Origin: Eledone cirrhosa
Taxonomy: Eukaryota
Reading direction: 5' to 3'
DNA length: 64,000 bases
Assembly (NCBI GenBank): GCA_964016885.1
Contig: OZ024748.1
Span: forward strand, 54,808,001 to 54,872,000
The notes beneath the pieces were generated by a model. It ran no database searches. It saw only the letters and a list, made by a program, of their open reading frames with translations, and was not told the origin of the DNA. The translations under genes and the position numbers were made by a program. This document shows positions 60,194 to 64,000 of the stretch, one piece after another (the first letter of the stretch is position 1; each line of letters opens with the position of its first letter).

Positions 60194-60545
60194 AACTCTG
60201 GATGTCGGTGAGCATGTCCAGTTAACCTCAATCTCCTCTGTGTCACTTTTGAGCTGACTTTTGGGATGTTCCCATACAGCTCTGAGTTTTTCATCCTCAG
60301 TGTATACTGATTACTGTTCAGAGCCATCCTCAGCATTCTCGTGTAGCACCCATCCACCATCTCCTTTGGGAGCCCCTACATGGACACACTAGAAGAGGAA
60401 GACCAAGTTTAACGTATGTTGATGCCCTAAGGACAGACACTGGTCTGTTGGAGACGCAGGACATGGCAGCGATAATGAGGGACAGAGACCGCTGGAGAGA
60501 ACTCGTCCATGGATCTCGGGAATTTTACCCGCCTTAGATTAGAGA
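60191..60545 (+). mobile_element. RTE-clade LINE 3' end with inverted 5' segment
   Basis: Minus 60360 to 60191: VDGCYTRMLRMALN...RRLRLTGHAHRHPEL. Plus 60361-60537: LLWEPLHGHTRRGRPSLTYVDALRTDTG...DRDRWRELV...*. Confidence 0.9.
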
Positions 60546-60639
60546 GATATATATATAAGCAATGAGTTATTTAATTTGTTGGTTATTCAACAAATTTAGT
60601 TTATAACAGATTAGAAGTACTCTACAAGTTTCTTCTGGA

Positions 60640-60860
60640 GTATAATATCAATAATATTAATAAATGGAAAGTATCTTTATAAAACCATATTTATTTTATT
60701 ATATATATTTTAAGGGTACCAACATATTTGGTACGTTCTCATCAGATAAAATATAAAAGTTGTTTTACAGATAGTGACATATTCAAAACAAGAACTTATC
60801 GTTTTGAGTTCTGTTTGAATAGTGAAAAAGAATTTCAAATCATAGGATGAATATGCTAAT
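60640..60860 (-). mobile_element. PLE-like 3' end with HHR motif at 60694-60751 (G12A); a truncated copy at 46345-46422 retains GAAA
   Basis: ttttat CTGATGA gaac GTACCAA atatg TTGGTAC cctt AAAA tatata TA ataaaa. Confidence 0.65.
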
Positions 60861-61939
60861 CAGGGTAACGTTAAAATTGAAAAAGGTCGTTATATACGTT
60901 ATACGTTAAAACGCTAGGTAAATTTAAATAATTATTAGGATTATTTTTTAAGGGAAGAGGAGATAGAGGTTATTATTAGGGTGGAATAAATTTAAGGAAA
61001 GAATATAAGAAGAAAGTATATTAGAGTTAAAAATAGCCTATTAATATTAATATATGTATATAAATTGTATGGAGCATATTTGTGAGGGTGTATGGAGAGT
61101 GAAGTAATTATATTTAATTATTTAATTATATATTTTGGCAGTATCTATAATATAATGTGAGAATTATAAATGTGTTAAAGTGAGAGGTTATTAATTTAAA
61201 AAGTGAGAGATATATTGTATTCATATATACGATTGGGTAAATTCTAATGGTGTGTTTTAATATTATAAAGATAATATTTATAAGTATATTTTATGAAGAT
61301 TAGAGTTGTAGGTATATTTTATTTTGTTATATTACAACAGATTATTTATATATATATAAATAATGTTGGTGAGTATATATGTTTTCTTTTTTAATAGATA
61401 GATAATTTAAATATTTATAAATATATATATATATATATACATAAATGACTGAAGTGGTAGAAATTATGAGGAACAGTACACGCTTCCCACCCCCACACTT
61501 GTAAACTAATAGAATGGCATTTTAGACTCCGGGGATACTGAAACACCGCTTTAAAGCGATTTAGTCGATAATATCGATGCCAGGACTTATTGATTCTAGT
61601 CTGGTACTTATTTAATCGATTTATCTTAATGACGGGGCATAAACAAATACTAATCGCAAGCATACGTGCACACAGACATGAGTGTACGTGTATCGATAGA
61701 TAGATTGATAGATAGATAGATACAGACCTGCCGACCTCTAAAACTCCAAACAGGGGGGGGGGGGGGGGGGGTACCACGAAATAAAGTGCCCCAAAACGGG
61801 AGAAATTAATCAAAATGGGGAGATTTTACATAATGAAAGCTATGCCCATTTTCACAAGAGAAGACATCTCTCACCCACCTCAATGTGGGTGGGAGATCCC
61901 CCCGTCAGACGGGGTGAGTTGACAGGTCTGTAGATAGTA

Positions 61940-62442
61940 GACAGAGAGACAGAGACAGAAAGACAGACAGAGAGAGAGAGAGAGAGACATACAGACAGAC
62001 AGAGAGAGACATACAGACAGACAGACAGAGACAGACAGACAGACAGAGACAGACAGAGAGAGACAGACAGACAGACAGAGACAGACAGAGAGAGACAGAC
62101 AGAGAGAGACAGACAGAGAGACAGACAGACAGACAGAGAGACAGGCAGAGAGAGACATACAGACAGACAGAGAGAGACAGACAGAGAGAGACAGACAGAG
62201 AGACAGACAGACAGACAGAGAGACAGGCAGAGAGAGACATACAGACAGACAGAGAGAGACAGACAGACATCACAGACAGAGAGAGACAGACAGACAGACA
62301 TAGACAGACAGAGAGAGACAGACAGAGAGAGACAGACAGAGAGAGACAGACAGAGACAGGCAGACAGAGACAGACAGACAGACATACAGACACAGACAGA
62401 CAGACACAGACAGGCAGACAGACAGACAGAGACAGACAGACA
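61940..62442. repeat. (AGAC)n/(AG)n microsatellite
   Basis: Direct inspection. Confidence 0.95.
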
Positions 62443-63536
62443 TGAACAGTTTCGTACATTGATAAAGTGTTGAATATAGAAAGAGACAGAAATTTAGACT
62501 CGGTGCAAAACTAAATAGATTGGAAAGTAGAATGGAACTCGGGAACGAGTGGTTGCGAAGTGAAGCTATTAACCACTTGGCTGAGCTGGGTTCACGAGGG
62601 AGAGGGTAAAGTAGAGAGGGTGATGAGAAAAAGCAGAGTTAGTCAGGTGTCTGCTCGATCTGGGCTGACGTAAGAGAGGGAGGACATGGGGGGAGAGAGC
62701 TGGGGGGAGAGAGATGTGGGCAGAGAGATGGGGGGGGAGATAGATGGGGGGGAGAGAAATGGAGGAGGAGAGAGAGGGTGAGAGGGGAGAGAGGGTGAGA
62801 GGCGAGAGAGGGTGAGAGGCGAGAGAGGGACGAGGAAGAGAGGGACGGGGAGAAGGACGGGGAGAGAGACGGAACGGGGAGAGAGACCGGACGGGGGGAT
62901 GGGGCGAGAGGGATGGGGCGAGAGGGATGGGGAGAGAGGGATGGGGGAGAGAGCGAGAAAGAGAAGGAAGATAGAAAAAGTGACAGAAACTATATATATA
63001 TATATATATATATATACAAATATAGCGAGAGAGAGGTGGGGGTAGAATGAAATAGAGAGAATGAATATAGGGAGAGTTAATGAGTGATAGGGAGAGAGAT
63101 TATAAGAATGGAAATTAGCAATTAAAAAATTGTGAATATAAAAAAAAAACAAAAACAAAAACAACTGATGTGAGAATTAGTTTTCGAGACGTCTGGAAAT
63201 GGGAGGTCAAAATGTCATGTCAGAAGTGGGAGTGGTGGTGGGTAGGTTTTAAAGGTGTCTATTAAGTACGATGGGAAGAAGGGGTGGAAAAATGGTACTG
63301 GAAGATTGAAACCACTGAAGTGTAGGGTGGCAGTTGTATAAAGAACAAATTGATAAACACAGGCATACACACAGTACCAGAGAACATCATATTACAATAA
63401 GAAATAGTACATTAATTTTTACGCGTAAATAAATACAATATTATTGGTGTTTCAGATGCTAGTCCTTCATCGGAAAGAAAACACAGAAAAATGAGTGCTT
63501 TGGAAAGTGAGGAAACCGAAAGAAAAACGTTAAAAT

Positions 63537-63606
<70 letters not shown>

Positions 63607-63751
63607 TGAGAAAGAGAGTGGTATTTCATTGATCGATCTTGAAAGGATAAAATGGTAAAGTTGATTTGAGAGAGAGAGAGAGAAATACCAGGTATTATAT
63701 TTCAAACTTTATAACATCCTGCCAATTCCTCATCTTATTAGCTACTTAAAA

Positions 63752-63970
63752 CCCTTTAGCATTTCAACCGGCCGCATCCAGCCAAAATTCTCTCACCTCT
63801 ATCTGTTGAAACCGGCTGTAACTGGCTGCTTATACTGATGTTAAGGTATTTTTCTCAAAATAAATAACATCAAAATCTCAGATTCAATATTATTCGAGAT
63901 AATTAAGTAATATAAAGCCTTTACCACAAAAATACAACAGTATATATAGAGTGATGTAAATGCTAAAGGG
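63752..63970. mobile_element. piggyBac-type MITE
   Basis: TIRs CCCTTTAGCATTT / AAATGCTAAAGGG. TTAA lies on the right and TTAAAA on the left. Confidence 0.75.
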
Positions 63971-64000
63971 TTAACAAAGAAGGTTCGCTAGTAAATAGTG

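Overview
AT-rich, repeat-saturated eukaryotic DNA, intergenic or deep intronic. I could not support any host protein-coding exon. The SINE families and the extreme (TA)n/(CA)n/(GA)n load suggest an octopus-like coleoid cephalopod (inference). Almost all ORFs in the supplied track are translations of microsatellites. Contents: a 25-bp and a 31-bp minisatellite, many simple repeats, about 20 tRNA-derived SINE copies or fragments, RTE-LINE 3' ends, mariner/Tc1- and piggyBac-type MITEs, and one non-autonomous Helitron. The main signal is a dense set of short elements, mostly flanked by (TA)n. They carry type I hammerhead ribozyme (HHR) motifs of at least 9 distinct sequence families and are arranged as long palindromes or 5'-inverted duplications. 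Three are co-linear with decayed Penelope-like (PLE) GIY-YIG endonuclease remnants, which identifies them as PLE 3'/pLTR ends. One family (A, 7 copies) is folded back exactly at the ribozyme stem II. All pairings and alignments were read by eye, so boundaries may be off by a few nt.
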